Positions 1-8,781 of a stretch of DNA of 45,448 bases are shown here, piece after piece (position 1 is the first letter of the stretch; each line of letters opens with the position of its first letter). The notes beneath the pieces were generated by a model. That model had not been told where the DNA came from and did no database searches. It saw only the letters and a list, made by a program, of their open reading frames with translations. Both the position numbers and the translations under genes were made by a program. This DNA comes from Bacillota bacterium (GTDB lineage Bacteria > Bacillota > UBA4882 > UBA10575): assembly GCA_012521315.1 (NCBI GenBank), contig JAAYMP010000033.1:1-45448 (forward strand), in the 5' to 3' direction.

Positions 1-612
1 GACCAGGTTGGTCGTGCGCATGATCCCGTCCCAGGTTGACTGGCCGGTGCCATAACGGTTGTCAAAAAGGTGTTTACAAAGGGCGTCGTTGACCGCGATC
101 ATCGGGAAGGCCAACTGTTTTTGCTCCGCCATCGCCCGGAGGCGATGCACCCCGGTGGTCGTCTCTTCACAGCCGCCTTTGACCAAAGGAAGCAGCTCCC
201 GCAGGTTGGTGTGGAGGAGATTCACCAGGTCACCCCCGTCATCAATAATATACTCCGGTTTGTGCTGCAAGGTAGCAGCCAAGTGGGTAAAATACTCTTC
301 TTTCGTCGCCCCGTGCCAGGCAAAAACGGGAATCCCCCGGTGCACTAAGGCCGCCGCCACCTCATCTTGGGTCGACAAAGGGTTACTACCCGTCACGGCA
401 AGTTCCGCGCCTAAGGCCTTCAGGGTCAAGGCCAAATAGGCCGTTTTTGCTTCCAGATGAACCGAGACCGCCAACCGGCGTCCCGCAAAAGGCTGGGCGG
501 CCGCGTATTTTGCGCGAATCCGGTTTAAGATCGGCATATGTCTGCTGACCCATTCGATCTTCTGGTCCCCGGCCGGCGCCAGGTTTAGATTACGGATCTG
601 ACTAGCTACCAT
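1..612 (-). CDS. ahcY: adenosylhomocysteinase (SAH/SIH hydrolase), 5' part; runs off the window
   Basis: Not in the ORF track. Manual translation from ATG at 612 (RBS GAAGGAG) gives MVASQIRNLNLAPAGDQKIEWVSRHMP...VHLEAKTAYL...GSNPLSTQDEVAAAL...FDNRYGTGQSTWDGIMRTTNLV, all hallmark AhcY motifs. Confidence 0.95.
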   Translation of the reverse strand, partial: MVASQIRNLNLAPAGDQKIEWVSRHMPILNRIRAKYAAAQPFAGRRLAVSVHLEAKTAYLALTLKALGAELAVTGSNPLSTQDEVAAALVHRGIPVFAWHGATKEEYFTHLAATLQHKPEYIIDDGGDLVNLLHTNLRELLPLVKGGCEETTTGVHRLRAMAEQKQLAFPMIAVNDALCKHLFDNRYGTGQSTWDGIMRTTNLV

Positions 613-645
613 CAGACCACTCCTTCCCGGTCTTTTCTCCAGCTT

Positions 646-652
646 CCTAAAT
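646..652. repeat. left copy of 7-bp direct repeat CCTAAAT flanking the XRE/ImmA module
   Basis: CCTAAAT at 646-652 and again at 1736-1742. Confidence 0.4.
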
Positions 653-912
653 CACCCAATTATAATATTATATAATCCCCCAAAAGAAAAAGAGAACCGG
701 TAAAAATCAAGCCGAAAAAACTATTAACTTTTAAGGCCAATGCTACGATTAAATTAATAGTCACCCATTCTTTTTAAACCTTGGGTTGGTTTTAAATCCT
801 CATCTCATAAGTTTGGCCCCGGTCCGGCAAAACCGGCGGCGAACAACAAGGTCATTGGTGGCCGTGCCTCTGGCGCCGGGTGGATTACAGCATCGACAAC
901 GGTGGTGATCAA

Positions 913-1242
913 GTGTCCTTTGGAGCAAGACTTCGAACTTTACGCGAAGAACAGGGCTTATACCAGAAAGATCTTGCCGAAAAACTGGGTCTTTCCCAGA
1001 AAACAATCAGCAATTACGAGAATAATGAAAGATTCCCGGACCAAAACACTTTACGAAAGATTGCTGATTACTTCAATGTATCCATTGATTTCCTTCTCGA
1101 CCGAACCGATATCCGGAATCCCATCGAGATCGTGGCCGCCCACCGCAGCGACGACCCAACCCTGGATTTACCGGAAAACGCGCGCAAGTCGGTGCTCCGT
1201 TTTATAAAAATGGTCAAAGAAGAGTTGGGAATCAAAGAGTAG
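913..1242 (+). CDS. XRE-family HTH transcriptional regulator (ImmR-like)
   Basis: Cro/C1-type HTH FGARLRTLREEQGLYQKDLAEKLGLSQKTISNYE...IADYFNVSIDFLL, plus the IVAAH C-terminal linker typical of ImmR-like repressors. The GTG at 913 follows GGTGGTGAT; the ORF track starts at 880. Confidence 0.9.
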   Translation: MSFGARLRTLREEQGLYQKDLAEKLGLSQKTISNYENNERFPDQNTLRKIADYFNVSIDFLLDRTDIRNPIEIVAAHRSDDPTLDLPENARKSVLRFIKMVKEELGIKE

Positions 1243-1290
1243 AGACCACTTTCCACCTAGAGTTTGGCTCCAAAAAATGGGGGGGTACCC

Positions 1291-1740
1291 TTGCCGAACG
1301 ATTTAATCGCCCTAGCCAAAAAGAACAAGATCGCCTTGAAGTTTTGGGAATTTCAGCCGCCCGTAGAAGCGATTTATTTTTCCTATCCGGGGAAAAACCC
1401 GGTTATTGGCCTGGACTACCGGATCACAAAGGATTTAAACCATTTCCGTTGCGTCCTCGCGGAAGAACTCGGCCATTTTTTTTCTACACGGCAAGAACTA
1501 AACATCATCCACTACCATTGCCGGAACCGGATCGGCATCTACCGTGAGGAGTACCAGGCGCTGGTCTGGGCCGTCAACTATCTCATCCCCGACCATGAAC
1601 TGGAGATGGCTTATAAGCAGATGCCGCCGTGGCAACTAAAAGATTTCTTCCGGGTCGACCCGGAGTTTATGGCCTTTAAATTAAGCCTCTCCAAAGACAA
1701 ACTTTTGGATTGCCTCAACCAAGCCAACATGCATGCCTAA
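1291..1740 (+). CDS. ImmA/IrrE-family metallo-endopeptidase
   Basis: RCVLAEELGHFF (EELGH variant of HExxH) and downstream EYQALVWAVNYLIP; adjacent to the XRE gene. The TTG at 1291 follows a G-rich RBS; the ORF track starts at 1264. Confidence 0.8.
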   Translation: MPNDLIALAKKNKIALKFWEFQPPVEAIYFSYPGKNPVIGLDYRITKDLNHFRCVLAEELGHFFSTRQELNIIHYHCRNRIGIYREEYQALVWAVNYLIPDHELEMAYKQMPPWQLKDFFRVDPEFMAFKLSLSKDKLLDCLNQANMHA

Positions 1741-1742
1741 AT
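1736..1742. repeat. right copy of 7-bp direct repeat CCTAAAT
   Basis: Overlaps the ImmA stop codon and abuts the mtnA stop codon. Confidence 0.4.
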
Positions 1743-2795
1743 TTAGTCTGCTGGCGAACGCTCCACCCGCAGGTCAATCTTTCCCCCTTGGTTCCAAAAA
1801 ACCCCTTGCTCCGTGATCCACGCTTGCACAAAGCGGGCCGGTGTTAAATCAAAGGCCGGATTATAGACCGCCACCCCTTCCGGGGCGATTTGTTGCCCGC
1901 GCCAGCCGGTAACCTCCTCCGCGGCCCTTTCCTCGATGGGAATCCGTTGTCCGTCGGGGAGCGTCAGGTCAAAAGTGGACATCGGCGCCGCCACATAAAA
2001 AGGAATCCCGTGGGCATGGGCCAAGACCGCCAGCATATAAGTGCCGATTTTGTTAACCACATCCCCGTTGGCGGCAATCCGGTCCGCTCCCGTTAATACC
2101 GCCTGGATCCACCCTTGTTGCATAAGGTAACCCGCCATGCTATCCGTGATCAGGGTAACCGGAATGCCGTCTTTCATCAGCTCCCAAGTGGTCAGTCTGG
2201 CCCCTTGTAGTAACGGCCTGGTTTCGCAGGCCACAGTTTTGATGCATTTCCCCGCCTGGACCGCCGCCCGAATCACCGCCAACGCCGTCCCGTAGGCCAC
2301 CGTAGCCAGCGCCCCCGCGTTACAGATGGTTAAAACCGTCATCCCGTCGGTCAAGAGCGCCGCGCCATGAACGCCCAGGCGGCGGTTGGTTTCGATATCT
2401 TCCTGGTATAACCGAAGGGCTTCCGCTTCCAACGCCGCCGCCACCGCCTCCGGGGATTCCGTCCGGTGGGCGGTCGCGACCTTCTCCATCCGGCCCAAGG
2501 CCCAAAACAGATTGACCGCGGTTGGTCGCGTCCCGGCCAGTTCGGTAAAGACCGTCGCCAACCCGGCGAACAAGTCCGCCTTCTTTTGGATGAGCTCATA
2601 AGCGCCCAAAACCACCCCAAAGGCGCCGGCGATGCCGATGGCCGGCGCCCCCCGCACCACGAGGCGCCGGATCGCCTCGGCCACGGCCCGGTAATCCTTA
2701 CAGACCAAATAAACCTCCCGCTCCGGCAGTTGCGTCTGGTCCAACAAGATCAACGACCGCGCTTCCCACCGGAGGGTGACAAAGGCCTCGTTCAA
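1743..2795 (-). CDS. mtnA: S-methyl-5-thioribose-1-phosphate isomerase
   Basis: LDQTQLP, VRGAPAIG, RPTAVNL, CNAGALAT, ETRPLLQGARLT, GADRIAANGDVVNKIGTY, NPAFDLTP. Confidence 0.95.
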   Translation of the reverse strand: MNEAFVTLRWEARSLILLDQTQLPEREVYLVCKDYRAVAEAIRRLVVRGAPAIGIAGAFGVVLGAYELIQKKADLFAGLATVFTELAGTRPTAVNLFWALGRMEKVATAHRTESPEAVAAALEAEALRLYQEDIETNRRLGVHGAALLTDGMTVLTICNAGALATVAYGTALAVIRAAVQAGKCIKTVACETRPLLQGARLTTWELMKDGIPVTLITDSMAGYLMQQGWIQAVLTGADRIAANGDVVNKIGTYMLAVLAHAHGIPFYVAAPMSTFDLTLPDGQRIPIEERAAEEVTGWRGQQIAPEGVAVYNPAFDLTPARFVQAWITEQGVFWNQGGKIDLRVERSPAD

Positions 2796-3595
2796 GGCTG
2801 ATCCTCCTCAAAAAACCGGTCGACGTTGGGAACGGCCTGCCGGCAACGGCAGTTGCGCTCCGGGGGTATAGCAACCAGCACCCGCATCAAGAGTTGTTTC
2901 AAACGCTCGTTATTCTCGGCCATCAGGGCGACCACTTCCTCATGGGTCAACGGGCCGGCCGCGATCCCCGCCGCATAGTTGGTCACCAGCGAGATGGTGG
3001 CGTAGCAGATCCCGGCTTCCCGGGCTAAAACCACCTCCGGGACATTGGTCATCCCCACTAAATCCCCACCCAGCTTGGCAAACATCCGAATCTCGGCCGG
3101 GGTCTCAAACCGCGGTCCCTCCGTGCAGACATATGTCCCACCGTCATGGGCTTTATAACCCAATTCCGCAGCGGCCTTGAGCACTGCATGCCGGAGTTCC
3201 GGACAATAGGGTTCTGTATAGTCAACATGGATCACCCCCGCGGGGCCCCCTTCAAAGAACGTACTGGGCCGTCCTTTGGTGAAATCGATAAATTGGTTGA
3301 TCAGAACCATCTCCCCCGGGCGCATCGCCGGGTTTAAACTCCCCACGGCGGTGGTGGCCAAAATGCGCTTCACCCCCAAACGCCGCAGTCCCCAGATGTT
3401 CGCCCGGTAATTAATCCGGTGCGGCGGTACGGTATGACCTGCGCCGTGCCGGGGAAGGAAAGCAACCTCAAGGCCGTTGTATGCGCCGACGGTCGGCCTC
3501 ACCTCGCCATAGGGGGTTTGGATCTTGACCTCTTTCGTATTGGTTAAGATGGCCGGGTCATAGACGCCGGTCCCGCCGATAATTGCCACTTCCAT
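2792..3595 (-). CDS. mtnP: MTA/MTI phosphorylase (6-oxopurine-type signature)
   Basis: IIGGTG, PRHG.GH..PPH.INYRANI, AVGSL, EGPRFETPAE, VGMT..PE..LARE, VTNYAAG; overlaps mtnA by 4 nt. Confidence 0.9.
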   Translation of the reverse strand: MEVAIIGGTGVYDPAILTNTKEVKIQTPYGEVRPTVGAYNGLEVAFLPRHGAGHTVPPHRINYRANIWGLRRLGVKRILATTAVGSLNPAMRPGEMVLINQFIDFTKGRPSTFFEGGPAGVIHVDYTEPYCPELRHAVLKAAAELGYKAHDGGTYVCTEGPRFETPAEIRMFAKLGGDLVGMTNVPEVVLAREAGICYATISLVTNYAAGIAAGPLTHEEVVALMAENNERLKQLLMRVLVAIPPERNCRCRQAVPNVDRFFEEDQP

Positions 3596-3700
3596 CTTGA
3601 CCGCTCCCTTCCACATCTTCCCTTTATTCTTCTGTAAATCAATTATGCACCCCTTTGCTTCCGCCCTGGGGCACTTTAAGCAAAGACCGTTAGCTCTATC

Positions 3701-3726
3701 ATTCGGGTCCAGACCGGAAGAATCCT
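3701..3726 (-). promoter_or_regulatory. SigH-like promoter for mtnP-mtnA
   Basis: gcAGGA-N18-GAAT on the minus strand. Confidence 0.55.
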
Positions 3727-3794
3727 GCTAAAAAAGAAAACACCCATTGGTATGGGTTGGCGGGCAAGGCTTCCCAGCGGCGCCTGAACACAGC

Positions 3795-3821
3795 AAAAAA
3801 ACCGCCGGGCGGCCGGCGGTT
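3795..3821 (-). terminator. intrinsic terminator after pgi
   Basis: ACCGCCGG/CCGGCGGT stem plus a T-run on the minus strand. Confidence 0.85.
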
Positions 3822-3833
3822 CTTCTTTCCTTT

Positions 3834-5186
3834 TTACTTCCCCAGGCGGGCCAACAACTGTTGGCGCCGTTCTTCGAAGCCGGCTTTGCCCAGCAGGGCA
3901 AAGATATTCTTCTTATATTCCTCAACACCTGGCTGGTCGAAGGGGTTGACCCCCAGCAGATAACCGCTCATCCCACAGGCTTTTTCGAAGAAGTAGACCA
4001 GATAACCGAAGTTGAACGGGGACAATTCCGGGATCTTCACGACCAAACAGGGAACACCGCCATCCTGGTGGGCCAGGAGCGTCCCCCGGAGCGCCTGCCG
4101 GTTCATCTCGTCGACCCGTTGACCGGCGATGTAGTTTAGTCCGTCCGGATCGCCGGGCGTCGCCGGCAGCACCAAGCTGGACCGGTCTTCCTCCACCGCC
4201 AGAATGGTTTCGAAGAAAAGGCGCCGCCCATCCTGGATGTACTGGCCGAGCGAATGCAGATCGGTAGTGAAAGCAACGGCCGCCGGAAAGAGCCCTTTCC
4301 CGTCTTTGCCTTCGCTCTCGCCGAACAACTGTTTCCACCATTCGGCAAAATAATGCAAAGCCGGTTCGTAGTTGACCATTAACTCGATGCTCTTTCCCTT
4401 CTGGTAGAAGAGGTAGCGCAAAGCGGCGTACAGATAGGCCTGGTTCCGCTCCAGGTCCGGATGGGCACAGGCGTCGTAAGCCGCGCCCGCCCCGGCCAGG
4501 ATCGGATCAAGGTCAATTCCAGCCGCGGCAATCGGCAGGGTCCCAACGGGCGATAAAACTGAATAACGCCCGCCAATGTCGGCCGGAATCGTGAAAGTTG
4601 TGTAGCCCTCTTCCTCGGCCAACCGCCGCAGGGCGCCCCGCTGGCGGTCGGTAGTGGCGAAGATCCGGGCCGCTGCGCCTTTTTTCCCGTATTTCTCCTC
4701 CGCCAATTGCTTCAGGAAACGGAAGGCCACCGCGGTCTCGGTGGTCGTCCCGGATTTCGAGATCACATTGATACTGAATTCTTTCTCTTTTAAGTAATTT
4801 AACAACTGCTCAAGATAAGCCCCGCTTAAATGGTGACCGGCAAAGATCACTTCCGGATCGCCCACCCGGGGAGACGCGGGACGAAAATAGGGCGTCAAGA
4901 TCGCCAACGCCGCCCGCGCGCCCAGATACGAACCGCCAATGCCGGCCACTACCAACACTTCTGAACTCTCCCGGATCCGGGCGGCCGCCGCTTTAACCGC
5001 TTCAAGTTCCGCTTGGTCGAGGCTGACCGGAAGGTCGAGCCACCCCAAAAAATCCTTCCCCGCGCCGCGCTTTTCCGTCATTTGCCGGTGGATGGCCTCC
5101 ACCCGGGGGGCAAGCATGTCCAATTCTTCCCGCCGGAAAAATTTTAATGCTCCGCTGTAATCCAGAACGATGCCCCGTTGACCCAA
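3834..5186 (-). CDS. pgi: glucose-6-phosphate isomerase
   Basis: [55 protein letters not shown]. Confidence 0.97.
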   Translation of the reverse strand: MGQRGIVLDYSGALKFFRREELDMLAPRVEAIHRQMTEKRGAGKDFLGWLDLPVSLDQAELEAVKAAAARIRESSEVLVVAGIGGSYLGARAALAILTPYFRPASPRVGDPEVIFAGHHLSGAYLEQLLNYLKEKEFSINVISKSGTTTETAVAFRFLKQLAEEKYGKKGAAARIFATTDRQRGALRRLAEEEGYTTFTIPADIGGRYSVLSPVGTLPIAAAGIDLDPILAGAGAAYDACAHPDLERNQAYLYAALRYLFYQKGKSIELMVNYEPALHYFAEWWKQLFGESEGKDGKGLFPAAVAFTTDLHSLGQYIQDGRRLFFETILAVEEDRSSLVLPATPGDPDGLNYIAGQRVDEMNRQALRGTLLAHQDGGVPCLVVKIPELSPFNFGYLVYFFEKACGMSGYLLGVNPFDQPGVEEYKKNIFALLGKAGFEERRQQLLARLGK

Positions 5187-5240
5187 CTTTTCACCACAAC
5201 CCTTTCCGCTAGTAGTTTCTTTTCCCCACTGGCGCCGGGA

Positions 5241-6098
5241 CTAACTTTCCCCCTGGAAGAAAACGGCGATACAGCCGGGGCCCGTGTGCGTCCCGACCGT
5301 GGAAGAGATCTCACCAATCCGGACCACTTTAACGTTATAAAGCTTTTTAATTTCGGCGGCCAAAGCCTCCGCCTCTTCCGCACAACGGGAGTGGCCAATG
5401 GCGATCAACTGGTTGTACAATTCACGCCCCTCGGCCGCCATGATCTCCAGCAGACGTTTGATGGCCCGCCGCCGGCCCCGCGTTTTCTCCCGCGGAACAA
5501 TCCGGCCTTCCTTATTTACTTCGAGGATGAGCTTGATGTTCAAGACATCGCCCATCACCGCCTGTACCCGGCTGATCCGTCCGCCCTTCTTGAGGTATTC
5601 CAGGGTGTCCAGGGTAAAAACGGAGTACAAACGGGAACGCATCCCCGTCAATTCCTTGATAATTTCGTTTTTCCCCTTCCCCGCCGCCGCCATCTCCTGC
5701 GCTTTGAGGACTAAAAGCCCTTGGCCCAGCGAGGCGGTGCGGGAATCAAAGACCGCAACCCGCTCTTTTTGGTCGATCTGCTCCCGGGCTGCCAAGGCAC
5801 TTTCGTAGGTACCGCTCATCCCGGAGGAGATCGTAATCACCACAATCTCCTGCCCCCCCGCCGCCGCTTCCTGCATCACCCGGAGAAAGTCGCCGGGGGT
5901 CGGTTGCGCTGTCGTCGGTAGCTTCACCGCGGAAGTCAGGAGCCCGTAAAACTCCTCGCGGCCCAGATCAAACCCGTCCCGATAGGACCGGTCGGGGAAA
6001 TTTATGGTCATCGGGACCACGCCAATCCCGGCGCTCGCGAGGAAATTCATGGTTAGATCACAAGCGGTGTCGGTTATTATTTTAACTTTATTCACCAA
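5241..6098 (-). CDS. DegV-family fatty-acid-binding protein
   Basis: IITDTACDL, PTTAQPTPG, ISSGMSGTY, TLEYLKKGGRI, GTHTGPG. Confidence 0.93.
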   Translation of the reverse strand: MVNKVKIITDTACDLTMNFLASAGIGVVPMTINFPDRSYRDGFDLGREEFYGLLTSAVKLPTTAQPTPGDFLRVMQEAAAGGQEIVVITISSGMSGTYESALAAREQIDQKERVAVFDSRTASLGQGLLVLKAQEMAAAGKGKNEIIKELTGMRSRLYSVFTLDTLEYLKKGGRISRVQAVMGDVLNIKLILEVNKEGRIVPREKTRGRRRAIKRLLEIMAAEGRELYNQLIAIGHSRCAEEAEALAAEIKKLYNVKVVRIGEISSTVGTHTGPGCIAVFFQGES

Positions 6099-6263
6099 AT
6101 CCCTCCTTCTTTCCTAAAAAAAGAGACGTTTATTCTTCTTTGACGTAACGGGTTTTAAAAAGTTACCTTCTTAAATTTTTTCCGAATAATACTTTTCCGC
6201 CCGTCAGCGGTCACGCGTCAAATTTCCTTTCATCCGCCCGCGGTAACCAGCGGAAACACCCGG

Positions 6264-6488
6264 CTATGCGCCGGGGACCAGTCCCTCGCGCAGTCCCGTA
6301 TAAAGATCAAGCCAAATGCTTTCCACATAGGGCAGATCCACCTCGCTGGCCAACAGAATACTTAAAAACAAGCCCAAAAGCATCAGCAGGGTAAAGACCG
6401 CCAGTTCCCGCCAGTACTCACCGGCCACTAAACCACGGGCTTCGTAAAGGAAGAGGCCGAGAAAGATCAGCACAAGAAGGATGATCAT
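6264..6488 (-). CDS. small two-TM membrane protein at the end of the ger operon (germinant-receptor D-subunit-like)
   Basis: 74 aa with two hydrophobic segments; ATGA overlap with the gerKB-type gene. Confidence 0.7.
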   Translation of the reverse strand: MIILLVLIFLGLFLYEARGLVAGEYWRELAVFTLLMLLGLFLSILLASEVDLPYVESIWLDLYTGLREGLVPGA

Positions 6489-7576
6489 GATTTCATCTCC
6501 CGCTGTGCACTACCCCGCAGGAAAGACACACCCAAGGTGAGCAGCGGCAGGAAAAGGGAGAAAAAGAGGCCGAAGAAGGGTTGCGCAAGCTTGATATATT
6601 CCAAATGAAGACTGATACTGGGGTAAAGTTGCTGGGCGACAAATAAGATCATGACTCCCAACGGAAAGGCCAGCGGCTGATAGACGCGTAAGTTAAAGAT
6701 CTGGGCGGTCCCCACCGCCAGGATATATAAACAAAGCATAATTTTGATGAAACCCATCGTCAAAAAGTTGAGGAGGGGGATCAGTTCCAGCCGCGTAAAT
6801 ACTTGCCCAATATTGATCATCCGGTAAAATTCGTAGGTGGGAAAGACAAACAGTTCACCGGTTTTCCCAAAGACACTGACGGCTAAAAATTGCAGCAAGC
6901 TCAAAAGACCACCGGCGGCCAGTATCCCCCAGAAAATTGCCGTCCTCACCTTCTGCGGCCGGTTGACCTGGGGCAAAAGCATTAAAATGGCCACATTCTG
7001 GCCAAAGGGAAAAAGGGAAATGCCCAGCGTGTTCCATAGTACCGTCGGCAGCGGCAGGTTAAAAAAGGGGTATAGGTTCTCCAGTTCCATGATATTAAGC
7101 ACCAAAAAAACGGAGAGCAGGATCAACCCCGCGGTCGCCAGGATCAAAGGTTCATTGCACCGGGCGATGACTTCCAATCCGCGGCGACAACCATAAACCA
7201 CCGTGATCACCCAGGGAATCACCAGCGCCAGGTCGGGGGTGGCGGTAAAGACTCTCGTCTTCAGCAGGGTGACAAAGACCGCCAGGGCGTTCGCGCCAAT
7301 CTGCAAGAAAAACCACATAAACAGGAGGGAAAACAGCCGGCCGATTACTGGTCCGTAAACGATCTCATGAATCTCAAAGAGGGTTTTCCCCGGATAACGA
7401 CGGAAAAGAAACAGGCAAAGATAGGCAAAGACCAAGGACATTCCCATGGCGAGCAGAATAATCAACCATAGATTTTGCCAAGCCTCAAGCCCCGACGGCA
7501 GCACAATCCAACTGCCAATGGTAAAACTCATCACCAGAAAGGTTAATTGTCGGGGTGAGATCTGTTCTTTGGTCAT
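6485..7576 (-). CDS. spore germination receptor B subunit (GerAB/GerKB permease)
   Basis: EQISPRQL N-terminus, GLEVIAR, FTRLE; multi-TM; operon position. Confidence 0.9.
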   Translation of the reverse strand: MTKEQISPRQLTFLVMSFTIGSWIVLPSGLEAWQNLWLIILLAMGMSLVFAYLCLFLFRRYPGKTLFEIHEIVYGPVIGRLFSLLFMWFFLQIGANALAVFVTLLKTRVFTATPDLALVIPWVITVVYGCRRGLEVIARCNEPLILATAGLILLSVFLVLNIMELENLYPFFNLPLPTVLWNTLGISLFPFGQNVAILMLLPQVNRPQKVRTAIFWGILAAGGLLSLLQFLAVSVFGKTGELFVFPTYEFYRMINIGQVFTRLELIPLLNFLTMGFIKIMLCLYILAVGTAQIFNLRVYQPLAFPLGVMILFVAQQLYPSISLHLEYIKLAQPFFGLFFSLFLPLLTLGVSFLRGSAQREMKS

Positions 7577-7596
7577 CCGGGCCCTCCTTTGGCCTT

Positions 7597-8781
7597 TTAT
7601 TTCAACGCCGGTCTGGTGATCAAGCCCAGCTTATCCAGGACCGCCTTTACCTTGATTTCGACGGTCGCCACCACAAAGTGCCGCTCCCAGTCCGCCACCA
7701 ACCGTCGCCAAGCGCGGTGGTCATAGCTGTAAAGGTGCCGGCCAAAACCAAAAATGTCCGCTTTATATTCCCGTGCTTTGGCCAGGGCTGCTTCGATCTC
7801 TCCTTTGATTGTTTCCTCCTGCTTTTTTTCCAGCTTTTTGAACTGGTCCGGGGTGGAGAGGTCGGCAGTGGTGGTTTGGGTGCCAAGCCCGGACCGGACG
7901 CGCACTTCAATCTTAACGTGTACTTGATCCGCGTTCGCCTGTACCTTCACCGCGGCAGAAGAATTAAAGATTTCGAAAGTGGCTTTCCCTTTTTCCCCGG
8001 GAACCTCAACCGTGACTAAACCGCTTTTTACTTTACCAAGGACCCATAGTAAACCCCGGGTTTCTCTCGGGTCCAAGTAACCGACCAGTTTGTCCCCCTT
8101 AATAACCCCGCTCCCATCAAGAATAAACTCCTTTTTCCCCGCGTTCTCTGTTGTTTTGATGATGGGGAAGGTGTTGTCCGCGGTTCTGGCCATGGACAGC
8201 CTAACAAACTCCGCCAGTTGAACCGGGCGGATCTTGGAAGTGGATTGGTAAAACTGTAACAGATCGGAGATGGCCTGACTCGAGACCCGCTCCAATCCGG
8301 CCGCGGCATCCAAAATCTGGACCGGATCCTCGGGGGTAAGCAATAACCATAGGGTCAAGCGGGGTTCGTGGTCACGGGTGAAAAAATCCAGGATGGACGT
8401 CAGCCCTTCCCGGGCCACCGCTTCATTGACCACAATCACCTGGCAATGGGATAAGAAAAGCTTGCGGCTGCTTTGAAACGTAGCATTGCGGATCGCCTCA
8501 AAAACCGTCGGCCCCCTGGAACGCAGGATCCAAAAAGGCCTAAGGTCCTGTCCGCTGCCACCGCCGCCGCCCGGGCTATGGAGCTGCGCCGCCCGCACAA
8601 TCTGGTAAGAAACTTCATAACCCTCCCCCTCCGGCGGCCGGTTGATCCCAATCCCCATCACCACTGCTAAATTCTCCAGTTCCCGCCGGTCCCAGCAGCC
8701 GCTGATGAAAACCACTATTAGCAGAAGTAGCAGCCAAAGGCTTTTGGTCAAGCGCCGCTTCCGGCATCCTTCACCCGTCAT
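7597..8781 (-). CDS. Ger(x)C-family spore germination lipoprotein
   Basis: Lipobox ISGC followed by WDRRELE; LFLSHCQVIV; DIFGFG near the C-terminus. ATG at 8781 follows GGAGG. Confidence 0.92.
   Translation of the reverse strand: MTGEGCRKRRLTKSLWLLLLLIVVFISGCWDRRELENLAVVMGIGINRPPEGEGYEVSYQIVRAAQLHSPGGGGGSGQDLRPFWILRSRGPTVFEAIRNATFQSSRKLFLSHCQVIVVNEAVAREGLTSILDFFTRDHEPRLTLWLLLTPEDPVQILDAAAGLERVSSQAISDLLQFYQSTSKIRPVQLAEFVRLSMARTADNTFPIIKTTENAGKKEFILDGSGVIKGDKLVGYLDPRETRGLLWVLGKVKSGLVTVEVPGEKGKATFEIFNSSAAVKVQANADQVHVKIEVRVRSGLGTQTTTADLSTPDQFKKLEKKQEETIKGEIEAALAKAREYKADIFGFGRHLYSYDHRAWRRLVADWERHFVVATVEIKVKAVLDKLGLITRPALK

Noticed and set aside
59-439. Plus-strand ORFs at 59-439 and 70-348, and many other overlapping ORFs in the track
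   Set aside because: Antisense or alternate-frame shadows of well-supported genes (here ahcY), as expected in GC-rich DNA.
800-1006. Divergent Cro-like gene opposite the XRE repressor
   Set aside because: The 68-aa ORF overlaps the XRE gene and has no HTH character.
880-1740. Intact prophage or ICE
   Set aside because: No integrase, replication, conjugation or structural genes; only the two-gene regulatory module is present.
613-3790. SAM-I (S-box) or SAH riboswitch upstream of mtnP or ahcY
   Set aside because: The conserved riboswitch core sequences were not found by eye in either upstream region.
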